Counted from the whole stretch's first letter, positions 1 through 11,294 are shown. The stretch is DNA of 63,276 nucleotides, filler included, from Basidiobolus ranarum (GCA_040143965.1; 54 parts of 54 records of this genome joined end to end with filler, not necessarily neighbours in it), one strand, 5' to 3'. The notes: generated by a model not told the origin, from the sequence alone. A program made the numbers and translations.

Positions 1-430
1 CCCCAATTGAGATCACAGGCAAGAAGGCAAAATTCTGCAGCATAATTTGATGTGGCTTTGGCCCTTGTTTAAGTGCATGGAGCTTGCTAGCTGAAGTTAT
101 ATCCTTTCCTGAATTTCCAAAAGTAACTTCCAGGTCAGTAAGGAAGGTGAGGAAGTGGGAAGGTGGAGTTTGACTTTTCATCAAAAGAGTAAACCAAGAT
201 GGAGCTGTTCCTGACAATAATATTCCCACTAGGTCTAATTTTGTATGGTCAGAGGGGTAGCAATGAGGATGTAACTGGATGAAGAGTTTTAATTGGTTGA
301 TAAAACCACAATAGTTTTGGCAAGTGCCATCAATCTTATTTGGCTAAATTGGGCAAAGTTCTTGATTTTCTTGCTGAACCTGAGTAAGAGCTTGCATGAT
401 ATCTTCCATTGTGAGGGCTGGGGTAGACAT
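1..430 (-). mobile_element. Ty3/gypsy gag N-terminus (Retrotrans_gag/PEG10-like capsid), decayed
   Basis: Minus-strand translation MSTPALTMEDIMQ...GFINQLKLFIQLHPH.YPSD.TK...LLSGTAPSWF, with an in-frame stop. Homologous to 35283-35837. Confidence 0.85.
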
Positions 431-795
431 AATACTTACTATGTTGGGAATGTGAAGTTTTAAAACCACAAGTTTAGCTAGCACTGATGATCACAATGTA
501 ATGTCTAACTTTCTGTTGAAGAAATGATTGCTGCCTTGACCAAAGAATATACTGATATCAATCATCTTGATCAAGTACTAAAGCTTCTTTGATCAACAGC
601 AACTATAAACTCAACCAGTAGTGTCTCAACAAGGATACACTTAAAGCAATGATCAAAAGGTGGAAGGTACCTTTGCCTTAGCAGGGAAGCTTGGGAAAGA
701 TGGGTAAAAAGAGGGAAGCCAACCTTGGGGGTTTCAAGGTTGGAGAATAGGGATGGAGAGAGGTCTACAGGCAAGTGGAAGTTGTCTGATCAAAC

Positions 796-1081
796 TGTCA
801 CAATAAGAAACTGGAAAAGGATTGAAAACAACAACAAGAGGCTAGAAGGCAGGAGAGTACTTGGGTGAAAACCACAAGGCAAGACAAGACAAGACTGGAC
901 AGGTAAGATATTTTAGCAAGAATCTTAATTGAAAACTGCCATTGATCAAACTGAGCTCTTATCATGCAAAATAGGGAGCTTATTAAGATATTGCAGGGTG
1001 AAACAACAATACTGAATAGGGAATATATTGTGCCAAGTTCAGGTATTGGGATGTAGGGGACTACAAGGACCAGTACAAAGA
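796..1081 (-). mobile_element. Gypsy 5' LTR (3' portion), upstream of the gag at 1-430
   Basis: Ends ...TTATTGTGACA on the minus strand. A second copy at 2115-2261 starts at the same boundary in an unrelated flank. Confidence 0.75.
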
Positions 1082-1181
1082 NNNNNNNNNNNNNNNNNNN
1101 NNNNNNNNNNNNNNNNNNNNNNNNNTTAATTAATTAANNNNNNNNNNNNNNNNNNNNNNNNNNNNNNNNNNNNNNNNNNNN
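1082..1181. other. Artificial contig spacer (first of 53 identical ones): 44 N + TTAATTAATTAA + 44 N
   Basis: The same 100-bp block recurs about every 1.17-1.18 kb. The 12-mer gives stops in all six frames. Contig lengths decrease from 1081 to 1069 bp. Confidence 0.99.
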
Positions 1182-1294
1182 TTAAAATCAAATCTAACTT
1201 GACGTTTTTATGACAGTAAGTAAACGGTCAACCCCAAATGGATTAAAATTGTGACGGTTTTCCTACGATAACAATCCTCAAATTTCTGTTAGAG
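1182..1294 (-). mobile_element. CACTA/CMC-like transposon end A (TIR variant CTCTAACAGAAAT), inserted in ORF2 of another copy
   Basis: Matches 18081-18193 and the reverse complement of the end starting at 39366. All three stop at the same base. Confidence 0.85.
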
Positions 1295-2114
1295 CTTTAA
1301 CTTTGGGGCTAATTTCCACACTTTGAGAAGTACCAATTGAGGCTGGAGAGCCCTAAGTTCCATCTGCTGGTGTTTAAGCTGGTTGAGAGGTGCCAGGTGT
1401 TGAATAAACTTCCCAATTTAGCACTCATCCAACTGGTGTACCTGGTTCTATGGTGAAATTAAGCTTTTTTGTCAGTATATCTAACTCTAGAAATGCAGAT
1501 CTTTGTAATGATGTGATGAATTTGGTAAGTGCAACAGTAGAGTCTAAGCTCACTGACTCCTTTGCTTTTGCCTTGGGTGTACTATCTTCCTGCTCCTTAA
1601 ATATTTCTTTAGCTGCTTTTCTTTTTTTTCCAAGTTCATAATTGCATACATTTTGGAGATGTTTCATGAACAGGCCTATACTAGCCCAATTCTCATTTAC
1701 TTGCAAAAACCCAGGATAAGCCACATGAAATTAGTCAAGAACCTGCAGAGTAACACCCAATTTTTAGTTTTCCAGAATTGGCTCAGATCCAGGAGATTTT
1801 AGGTCAAGATTCTGCACAGTTTCCAAAATGTTGATCCACTCATCATCAGAGCAAGTGACAGCAGCTCTTACATTCAGAGTCTTTTGGTTTTCCAGTTTTC
1901 CTGCAAGTTTCTACTTTCATGTGCCCAAGCAATTTTATGTTATTGTGTAGGTGTAAAGGTCTGACACATATTCTGCTCTGCTAGCTTGTCAAAGTGTATT
2001 CATATATATGGTGTGGAATTAATTGAAATCCCATGTGAGAATGCATGGAGGGAGCAGCATGTTGCTGTAGCTCAAGTACAGCATTCTGAAGGTCTTGTAT
2101 CATTGTTGAGTAAC
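1295..2114 (-). mobile_element. CACTA-like transposon ORF2, middle part, decayed
   Basis: ORF 1425-1724 (YPGFLQVNENWASIGLF...FTIEPGTPVG). Overlaps copies at 2979-3315, 44495-44559, 47002-47236 and 52118-52752. Confidence 0.7.
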
Positions 2115-2261
2115 TGTCACAATAAGGAACTGGACAAGAACTGAAAACAATGACAAGAGGCTAGAAGGCAGGAGAGTACTTGGGTGTAGACCACAAGACA
2201 AGACAAGGCAGGACAAGGAAGATACTTTGGCCAGATTCTTTATTGATAACTGGCATTGATT
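2115..2261 (-). mobile_element. Gypsy LTR end inserted into CACTA ORF2
   Basis: TGTCACAATAAG boundary as at 796. The empty site is visible at 47223-47250 (cattgttgaggaactctctaac). Confidence 0.8.
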
Positions 2262-2361
2262 NNNNNNNNNNNNNNNNNNNNNNNNNNNNNNNNNNNNNNN
2301 NNNNNTTAATTAATTAANNNNNNNNNNNNNNNNNNNNNNNNNNNNNNNNNNNNNNNNNNNN

Positions 2362-2771
2362 ACTGTTCTCCATGGTAATTGAGTTAGTACTTGGAATACT
2401 ATAAAGCAACCAACTATATCACTATCCATTACAGAAGCAAAATATATTGCTGCCTCTGCTACCACAACAACAAAGAGGAAGTTATTTACAGACTTAGGAC
2501 ACATGCAAGCACATGCTATTATTGTATTTGAAGATATTCAAAGTGGTTTTTTGCAGGCTAAAAACCTTACATTTAAAGCTGGAACAAAACATGTAGACAT
2601 TTGGCTTCATTTTGCTACAAAAGCAATAGAGAATGAAATAATGGAACTTATCTATGGTCCTACTTAAGAAATGATTGCTGACATCTTACCAAACCTTTAG
2701 TTAAACACAATTTGAACTATTCAGATATAAGTTTGATTTAAGAGAAATACAAAGAATTAGTTGAGTGGGAA
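2362..2771 (+). mobile_element. Ty1/copia RNase H C-terminus plus polypurine tract (a family distinct from copia-1 and copia-2), decayed
   Basis: KQPTISLSITEAKYIA, TKHVDIWLHF and EMIADILPKPL motifs, then PPT AGTTGAGTGGGAA immediately before TG. Confidence 0.85.
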
Positions 2772-2978
2772 TGTTAAACTTAGGTAAATAGTATATAATT
2801 ATTTTGTAGAAAGTCTATTAGTATTCTGATTATTCTGTGCTCAATTTTGTCTTTAAGTATGTTTATTTATTCAAGTTTCACCCATGCTTCATGAGTTTGT
2901 GTGTTATGATATAAGCATGTCAAATAGTCCTAATTCATAGAAAACTATATATATAACCTATTCAATTCAAGAAAACAG
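2772..2978 (+). mobile_element. Copia 3' LTR (LTR-C), truncated
   Basis: Starts TGTTAA directly after the PPT, contains a TATA-like run, and is fused to CACTA ORF2 sequence at about 2979. Confidence 0.65.
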
Positions 2979-3315
2979 ATAGGCCTATTCATAAAATATC
3001 TCAAATATACACAATGAATGACTTGATAAAGAAAGAAAAGCAGCTAAAGAAGTACTCCAGGAGCAGGAAGTTAGTAAACCCAAGGCAAAGGCAAAGGAGC
3101 TAGCAAGTTTAGGCTTTACCTTCCAACTTACAAGTTTCCTGACACCATTACAAAGATCAGTATTTCCAGACTCAGATACACCAGCAGATACACCAGCAGA
3201 TACATTTGCAAAAAGAATCTCACCAAGTTCACCAGTTGGAAAAGTGCAAAGTCAAAAGTTCATACAATACCTGGCACCTCTCAACAAGCTAAAACATTGG
3301 CAAATAAACTCACAA
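2979..3315 (+). mobile_element. CACTA-like ORF2 fragment
   Basis: Reverse-complement homologue of about 1370-1680 (KAKAKE...GTSQQAK). Confidence 0.65.
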
Positions 3316-3540
3316 TCAAAAGAGATGAAGCTTCTACCGTGGTTGAAGAGGCAGGAACTGCCAAACGTGAACCTCAAGGTATACAACTGGCGCCAACTCG
3401 TAGAGGGAGTCGACCGCGGCAACGGCGAGTACAAAGAGTTNNNNNNNNNNNNNNNNNNNNNNNNNNNNNNNNNNNNNNNNNNNNTTAATTAATTAANNNN
3501 NNNNNNNNNNNNNNNNNNNNNNNNNNNNNNNNNNNNNNNN

Positions 3541-3920
3541 AGAATAATAACAAATTACTTCTGAGATCAAAAGTGAAAACTTATAAAAGATTCATATCAA
3601 AAAGTTGCATTCCAAGCTTGCAAACCTAGCCAAAACTGACCCAAATGCTCCAAAATCATCATGTTTCAGTCCTAGAATTTGAAAATATCTACAAATTGGA
3701 TCTGTTTGAAGGTTGAATATATGGAAAACCTGGCAGATAGCCATTTTCAAGCTCTGGGGAGATCAAATCCACTCAGAATTTTTCCCTGGTTCTTTCTGCA
3801 ATATGCAGACCCAAGAAAAATACCTTGCCAGGCAGCAAAAGGTACTTTATGACCTTTATTGATAACTAAACAAGATATAATTGGGTAATCTCTCTCAGTT
3901 CAAAATCTAGAGCCTGAACT
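3541..3920 (+). mobile_element. Copia GAG-pre-integrase/integrase start, heavily decayed
   Basis: Remnants YGKPGR.PF and SKRYFMTFIDN.TRYNWV. Confidence 0.7.
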
Positions 3921-4170
3921 TGTTGGGAAAATATGGGCTGTTTGGAGCAACTTTAGAAAAGCGGAGTTGTGAATGGCTTTGTGAGATAATTACGTATTGT
4001 CTAGCAATAAAGCAATTATACATTTTGGAAAAAATACAGAAAGCTAACACTTGGGTTGTGCTTAGGACATCTGTGGGAGTGAAATGAGCTATTTTTGGGG
4101 CAATTTGGATAAGTTTGAAATTTTCAATATGGAATTGCTAATTCTCACATTATTCATATATTTATATAAT
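3921..4170 (-). mobile_element. LTR-A (copia-1) 3' part
   Basis: TGTTGGGAAAATATGGGC boundary. Homologous to the solo LTR at 6415-6791. Confidence 0.85.
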
Positions 4171-4344
4171 TAATTTGTTCCCTGTGATAGTGCCAGAGTG
4201 TGCAGTATTTATCACATTGGATAAAGTAATCTAAAAATTATGCAGCACAATTTGGCACTATCCAGCACCCTCTGGCTTGATTAATTACAATGACATTAAC
4301 TCTAATATAGTGATCCAAGGGCCAATTAAGTCTGGCACAATGGA

Positions 4345-4619
4345 GCAATTCCAATATGGACTCCAAGAAAATATTAAGGATCTTTTACTCACTATGGCTG
4401 ACCCAGTGCCCTTGACTGATGCTATCCACCAGGTAGTCAAATGTGACAACCGGTTGTTTGAAAGACAACAACAAAGAAATATGGTTCCTTTCTTCTCTCC
4501 TTCTTTGTCTACTTTCAGACCTCCCTTCCATCAAACACAAAATACAGCTCAAGCTGATGACCCAATGCAAATTGATGGAACTTGCTTTAGAAAGCTTAGC
4601 CCTGAGGAGAAATATCAAC
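4345..4619 (+). mobile_element. Gypsy gag C-terminal half
   Basis: QFQYGLQENIKDLL...DDPMQIDG (PM[EDQ][IL]D motif). Matches 35595-35850. Confidence 0.85.
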
Positions 4620-4719
4620 NNNNNNNNNNNNNNNNNNNNNNNNNNNNNNNNNNNNNNNNNNNNTTAATTAATTAANNNNNNNNNNNNNNNNNNNNNNNNN
4701 NNNNNNNNNNNNNNNNNNN

Positions 4720-5650
4720 AATATGTTGCTTGATTTCAGTATCTTCAGAGGTCTTTGGTTCCATATTCTTAGGGAGTTTCAGCATACATAGTGGATTTTA
4801 AGCTGTTTTACATTCTGCCATTGTGAATCTGTTTAAAACAACTCCAATATATTTTTCTTGTATAATACAGAGTGTTCCAATAGTGGAATTTTGATGTATC
4901 TGCATTGCAAGACAATATGCTAGTGATCCAAGATCTTGCATTTCAAACTTGGTAGATAGTCAGGTCTTAGTTTGTTTTATCAGATTTGAGCAATTACTAA
5001 CTATTGTGATATTATCAACATAGAGAGCAATTATCTCTTTGGTGGCTTTGATAGTCTTGAAGTATATGCAGTGATCAGCTTTGCTACAATGGAAAAGATG
5101 TTTCATGAAGATCTGTTTGATTTTGGTATTCCATGCATGAGGAGCCTGTTTCAGACCATATAGACTTCTCCATAGTTTGCATACTTGAAGTTCTTTTCCT
5201 TTTGCAATATATCCCTCTGGTTGATCCATGTATACATCTTCATCAATTTCTCCATTAAGAAATGCTGTCTTAACATCCATTTGTTAAATCAGCATTCCTT
5301 GGTGGGTAGCAATGGCTAGGATTACTCTGATTGAGATAAATATAGCAATGGAAGAAAATGTTTCATCATAGTCAATGCCATGTTTCTGAGCATAGCCTTT
5401 TACTACTAATCTTGCTTTGTACTGATTGATAGATCCATCTGAGTTAAGTTTCAGTTTCAGCACCCATCTATTACCAATACTTTTTCTTCCAGTAGGTAAG
5501 TCCACAAGGATCCATGTGTTAATCTTGATTAGGGAGTGAATTTCATCATCAGGGGCTTTTCTCCATTCTATAGCTTCATCAGATTTCAGAGCCTGCATCA
5601 AATTTTCTGGTTCAGAAAATGCTACATGTGCAGATATATTCCACCATTTT
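4720..5650 (-). mobile_element. Copia reverse transcriptase (RVT_2), decayed
   Basis: YKARLVVKGYAQKHGIDYDETF, QMDVKTAFLNG, SLYGLKQA and ALYVDN(D). In-frame stop just upstream of QMDV. Confidence 0.93.
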
Positions 5651-5898
5651 CTGAATTGAAACTGTTGATTTCATGCTCTGATTTGAGACATCCAAAGTCC
5701 TTGGTAGAATGGTCAGATGTTTCACTTGCAGGATGTTTCTGATTTCCACTTGGTAGGATTTCTGAGACCTGATTGCCTGAATCTTGTGATTGATTGAANN
5801 NNNNNNNNNNNNNNNNNNNNNNNNNNNNNNNNNNNNNNNNNNTTAATTAATTAANNNNNNNNNNNNNNNNNNNNNNNNNNNNNNNNNNNNNNNNNNNN

Positions 5899-6977
5899 AA
5901 AAACAATACTGTCAAAAATTGGTACCCCTTGCTGTAAATCAACTCACTCTTGGATCAGCTTGCTTCAGCCAAGGTGTTTACAAAGATTGATTTAAGAGGT
6001 GCTTACAACCTTGTAAGAATCAAATCAGGAGACCAATGGAAAACGGCCTTTCAAACTTGCCATGGACACTATGAATGCAATGTCATGCCATTTGGACTTA
6101 TCAATGCCCCCGCAATCTTTCAACACATGATGAATGATATCTTCAGAGAGTATCTTGACCGATTTGTGGTAATCGACCTTGACAATATCTGGGTCTTTTC
6201 AAGCTCTCAAGAAGAACATAATATTCATGTTTCCCAAGTCCTAGAAAAGTTGAAATCTCTTGTTTCATGCTAAACTTGAGAAATGTGAATTTGATCAAGC
6301 ACAAGTTGAATTCCTTAGATATAACATCAGCCCATCAGGCATCTCCATGGACCCTATGAAGGTTGAATCTGTTCTGTCTTGTGATATTCCCAAGAATGTG
6401 AAGGATGTCAAATCTGTTGAAGTTCATTGTGTTTATCATACTTGTTGTTTATATCTTTATACACCTAACTATTTAATATATCACATATAAGTTACTTAAC
6501 ATTACTTAGTCAAATACCACTTAGCTGAAAATCGGAACATATATTATATATATATGTGATTAATGTGAGAAGTAGCATTTCCTTATTGGAAATTTCAAAC
6601 TTGTCCAAATTGCCCCAAATATAGCTCATTTTACTCCCACAGATGTTCTGAATACAACCCCAGTGTTAGTTTTCTGTATTTCCATCAAATGTATAAATGT
6701 TTTATTTCTGGACAATATACAATTATCTAGCAAAGCTATTAACAACTCCACTTTTCTAAAGTTTCTCCAAACAGCCCATATTTTCCCAATACAATCTTTC
6801 CTTGGATTTGCAAACTTTTACCAATGGTGTGTCAAGAACTACTTGTTGGCCCACTTTGTGCCCTGCAACAAGTCAATTGATGCAAAACAAACAGCAGAAT
6901 TGGTAACTCAAAACATCTTCTGCCTATATCAACTGCCTGAAACTATCAGCTCTGACCAAGGACCTCAGTTGGCTTCC
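5899..6977 (+). mobile_element. Ty3/gypsy (Tf2-like) pol: RT interrupted by a solo LTR, then deleted into integrase
   Basis: [29 protein letters not shown], decayed YLDD (DLDN), KDV|QSFLGFANFY, then AHFVPC...LPETISSDQGPQ. Confidence 0.92.
6415..6791 (+). mobile_element. Complete solo LTR-A (377 bp) with 5-bp TSD AAATC/CAATC
   Basis: TGTTG...CCCAATA. Removing the LTR and one TSD copy restores the gypsy KDVQSFLGF frame. Confidence 0.9.
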
Positions 6978-7077
6978 NNNNNNNNNNNNNNNNNNNNNNN
7001 NNNNNNNNNNNNNNNNNNNNNTTAATTAATTAANNNNNNNNNNNNNNNNNNNNNNNNNNNNNNNNNNNNNNNNNNNN

Positions 7078-7730
7078 GAATGTGTGGCAATGATCTTGGA
7101 GAGCTAGTCGAGTTGGTTCAGTTCCTAATAGAGGAGATATATCATGTAAATAGTAAACTGCAATTTGAAGGATTCTACGATATGTTGAAAAAGACTGTTG
7201 AGGCTGCTTGCCGTGGTTGTGTGAATATAGATGGTGCTGATTATGTGTTACATTCATTTAATTTACAATTCAACGCCGAAGCTAAGAAGAAGATACAACA
7301 ATGGATTGTAGTAGAGCGTTCCGTAGAACTATTCAACTATATTCAAGGGCTTGATCTGAATGCCTCTGAAATACTTTGATATCTTCTCACAGAAGAAGAC
7401 CCTATGTGGTATTTTTCACCCTGTAGAACTCCAGAATATAGCAAGCCATTGTACTTGAGACTCGAGCAGTCAGGAGCAAATGTGGCCAAGATATTTGAAG
7501 ATTTTGATATCGGAAATACTCTGGTTGCTTATCCTTGGTTTTTACTTCCTGCACTTATCTATTCCTTTTTATAGAGCGAAACAACATATCAATATCAGCT
7601 GCAGATGTGTCCATCTTGCTTGAAAACCTCTAGGGAAGAATTCTCAGAGCCCAAAATAAGTTTTACAACCCTCGTCCTTGAATATATGCAATATGGCAAT
7701 GTATTCCATCCGATAGCCTTTTTTGCTTAG
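7078..7730 (+). pseudogene. 3' part of an unidentified protein-coding frame with two internal stops
   Basis: ORF 7080-7379 continues in frame past TGA and TAG for about 115 more codons (…QMCPSCLKTSREEF…). CpG is retained. Confidence 0.4.
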
Positions 7731-8255
7731 ATAGTTATTTGAAGTGCATGGTTCACCTGTCTTTCAGCGTACTTGTATCTAAAGGATTTTGATGTAAATT
7801 TATGTAACTACCCTAACTGAATAGTTATAATTAAGTAAAATTACCGCAATCAAAATGCTAATAAATTGATGATCTGGTTGTTTAATGATAGCCTGGTTGT
7901 TTGATGATAGCATGGTTATTTTACTGTACAATAGACCTCGGTGAAAGCTCAAGATTGATTATAATTCAAGCTTACTAAATGTTCCAGAACATATAAATAT
8001 AAAAGCTAGGGTTAGTCTACATCAAGAAACACCATCAAAAATGTTCCAATAATTTATCATCGTCAGCACTCTCCTAGCATTCTCCTCATGGTAACATTGG
8101 CCATGGAAAATCAATTACAGTCTACTCTATATCAAGTCACTGGTAGTGATATTGGNNNNNNNNNNNNNNNNNNNNNNNNNNNNNNNNNNNNNNNNNNNNT
8201 TAATTAATTAANNNNNNNNNNNNNNNNNNNNNNNNNNNNNNNNNNNNNNNNNNNN

Positions 8256-9333
8256 CCCCATCATAAGGTTTTGATGAAATCACCCAAATATAGATCATTT
8301 ATCCAATACCAAAGTACTCACCATAAAGCTGAAGGTATTACTGATATACTTGATGGATATCACTACCAGAATCAGAAAATTCAAGATTTCATTGAGAACA
8401 TGCATGATCATGCATATGCATTGGCTCTGGATGGTTTCTCACAAAAAAAATGTACCATTGGAAAGGCTTGCTGGCCAATAATTGTAATCAACTTAAATCT
8501 TCCTCCTTCTGAACAGTATAAGAGTCATAATATTTTGATACTATCCATAATATCTGGACCTAAATCACCAGTGCTTATAGATAGCTTCTTGGAGCCTTTG
8601 ATCATGCAATTTGAATGGTTATATAAGGGGGTTCTGATGGGTGAATATTTTATTACAGCTAATATCATTGTATGTATTGGTGACACTCCTACCATCATTA
8701 AACTTGGAGGTTTTTGCAGGCACAATACACTATCTTGTTGTAGATTTTGTCAAATCAATGGAGTTCACTCTAACAGGCATATGTGTTACTACTATCCAAA
8801 TACAACACTAAACTTCATGATTTTACCATCAAGAGCCCAGTTATATTTCAATATGATCACTGATATCTGTTCACCAAATAGTCAGTCTAACATCAAACTT
8901 GGTATTAGCCATAAGCCTAAGATTATATTGCCAAGGGGGATCAGCTCAAGCCAGAGCTTCCCATTAGGCACTATGCACTTACTAATCAACAACATTCTGA
9001 TACTACTTACTCAGCTATATAGTGGAAAATTTAATATGAATGAGCCATTTGAGATAGGATCAAAGTTTGAATCAATTGGGAAAATGCTTGAAAATGTCAA
9101 GATACCATCATATTTTACCAGGACTCCCATCAATATCCACTCATCTAGGTGTTTATTCAAATGCAAAGACTGGAAGTATTGGATTTGTATATATTCAAGT
9201 GGAATTTTGAAAAGATTTCTGCCTGATAAGTATTGGCAACATTGGGAGTTGTTTGTGGATATTGTTAATATATTCTTACGGCATCAACTCACATTGGCAG
9301 ATCTCAGGCAGATACAGCGACTGTGTGAAGATT
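8256..9333 (+). mobile_element. CACTA/EnSpm Tnp2 (Transposase_21-like) transposase core, longest open copy
   Basis: LALDGF, CWPII.INLNLPP, SGPKSP, DSFLEPL, GDTP, CCRFC, FPLGTMHL and FKCKDWK..LPDKYWQHW motifs typical of fungal tnp2. Confidence 0.88.
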
Positions 9334-9433
9334 NNNNNNNNNNNNNNNNNNNNNNNNNNNNNNNNNNNNNNNNNNNNTTAATTAATTAANNNNNNNNNNN
9401 NNNNNNNNNNNNNNNNNNNNNNNNNNNNNNNNN

Positions 9434-9627
9434 TAATGCATGCCAAATTTAAGGATCAATATTTTAACATATATGAATACCATTAAGATACCATCAAGAA
9501 ACCACCATCACACCATGAAGATCCCTGGCAGATTACAAGCCAACAATATTGTGATGGTTCTCTGATGGTTTTGCTACTTTGGACGGTGGATCCAATCCGG
9601 ATCAAATTGATTTTATTTTTGTTAGGG
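9434..9627 (+). mobile_element. CACTA-like transposon end B (…ATTTTTGTTAGGG)
   Basis: Homologous to 42317-42500 and ends at the same base. Reverse complement CCCTAACAAAAAT matches end A CCCTAACAGAAAT. Confidence 0.85.
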
Positions 9628-10510
9628 TACATGTTCTCAAAGAAACCTTGACTTTTGAGATTCAGGTAGTGATATCCATCAAGTATATTGGTGGTACCAT
9701 CAGCTTTACAGTGAGTACTTTGGTATTGGATCAATGATCTATATTTGGGTGATTTCATCAAAACTTTAAGACAAGGAATCAATGGTATGTAAGCCAAATA
9801 TGAACAATATTTACCTGATTCTGTGATTGCCAATTGTGTGCTAACAGTACATGTCTTCAGATCTTTCAGATCACCAGTGAAAGCCAAACAACCATTTGGA
9901 CAGGAAGGTAGTTTAGTTACTGAAGGATTATAAGTGATACAATTGACAAGTGTTTTCCACTGCACCAGGTCTGTGGCAAGCAACAGTTGCCTATCAACTG
10001 CAGGAAAAGTGTAAAAAAATCAACAAACACCTGGTTGCTAAGATTGGATTGAACTCTCCACTTCTCAATAATCAAAGCTGCTTCCTTTACAGTAAGTGTT
10101 ATGAGTGGACTAATGTTTGCCAACAACAACAAGTTCATAACATAAATGTTGTCTTCTTCTTTAACTTCTGATATACTACCATTGGTAATGGAATATCCAA
10201 GGTCATCATCTAGCAGCAAATCCTCAAAGTTGTCTGGACTTACTGGTTCAACCAAAGTTGCATTTTGACCTACATCATTCTGGTCATATAACTGTGGTAA
10301 CTCCATGGTATCTTGACTTTTGGCAGTGTTTCCAAAACTTTGAGGAAAACTACAGTCAGTGGACTCAATGGCCAAAACAAAAGTCAATTCAGTGCACTAT
10401 TACTGTTGTTATACACCCGGCTTTGTGCAGCTGGTGGCTTCATACAGTGACCATGCTTGTGGTTACTATTCTATGAAGCCTCTGGATTTCATAGCACAAG
10501 AATTTGTGAC
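9628..10510 (-). mobile_element. CACTA transposase N-terminal region, decayed
   Basis: SCPNGCLAFTG...CTV..YIPLIP motif. Homologous to 25896-26539 and 42665-43388. Confidence 0.85.
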
Positions 10511-11111
10511 NNNNNNNNNNNNNNNNNNNNNNNNNNNNNNNNNNNNNNNNNNNNTTAATTAATTAANNNNNNNNNNNNNNNNNNNNNNNNNNNNNNNNNN
10601 NNNNNNNNNNTTATTTAGAGATTATTGAGTATGACGCTTTATCAAAAGGTGAAAACTTAACGCGAGAAGGATAACTTCCAAAAGAGCAACTAAACCACTA
10701 CTTAAATGGTGGACGCCGAGCCACAGGACCTCGTCTCTTGGACCATTCGGAAGAAGTTATAGCAAATATTCAGTAATTGAAGAAATAACTGGTACAAAAA
10801 AACAGTACCATCAACCCAAGGAATTAATATCTATAGAATGGATGAAATACATGGAGAAAAATCCAAAATTGGAGATCATTTTCAACTACTTGTTCAAACT
10901 TTGTACATATATATTTTCCTGTCAAAACATCGGTAACTTCACGTAAGCAGTATACCCACGAACAGTATGGCTGTTATATTTATTAGTAATTGCATTGTAA
11001 CTTGGTATTTACTTCGAATGAATTTTGAGCCATATACTTAAAACTGTATCATAAATCATGGTTTGAAAATTTCTGTTTATTGAGTTATCCAGAAAGTCAT
11101 CTACATATTGT

Positions 11112-11294
11112 TTACTTTCGTCCTTTAGATTCCTTTTCAATGGTCTCATTGAGTGGCTCTCCAGTACGCTCTTCGTGGATTTCTGACGCTTTATCCAACG
11201 ACTCCTGTTGCTTTTCGGCTGACACATTTGGATTATGAGCTGCTGCCTTGAGGCCTCCTTCAACATTTCCAGGGTTTTTTCCTTCGTATTCCAT
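11112..11294 (-). CDS. con-6: Conidiation-specific protein 6 (Con-6) family protein, 60 aa
   Basis: KNPGNVEGGLKAAAHNPNVS matches the Con-6 repeat KNPGNVxGGLKAxxxNPxVS. Complete ATG-TAA frame with TATATAAG about 50 bp upstream. Confidence 0.85.
   Translation of the reverse strand: MEYEGKNPGNVEGGLKAAAHNPNVSAEKQQESLDKASEIHEERTGEPLNETIEKESKGRK

Noticed and set aside
6260-7025. ORFs reading through LTR-A (also 12638-12823, 46086-46296, 14279-14503)
   Set aside because: Chance frames in AT-rich LTR sequence or chimeras of pol and LTR.
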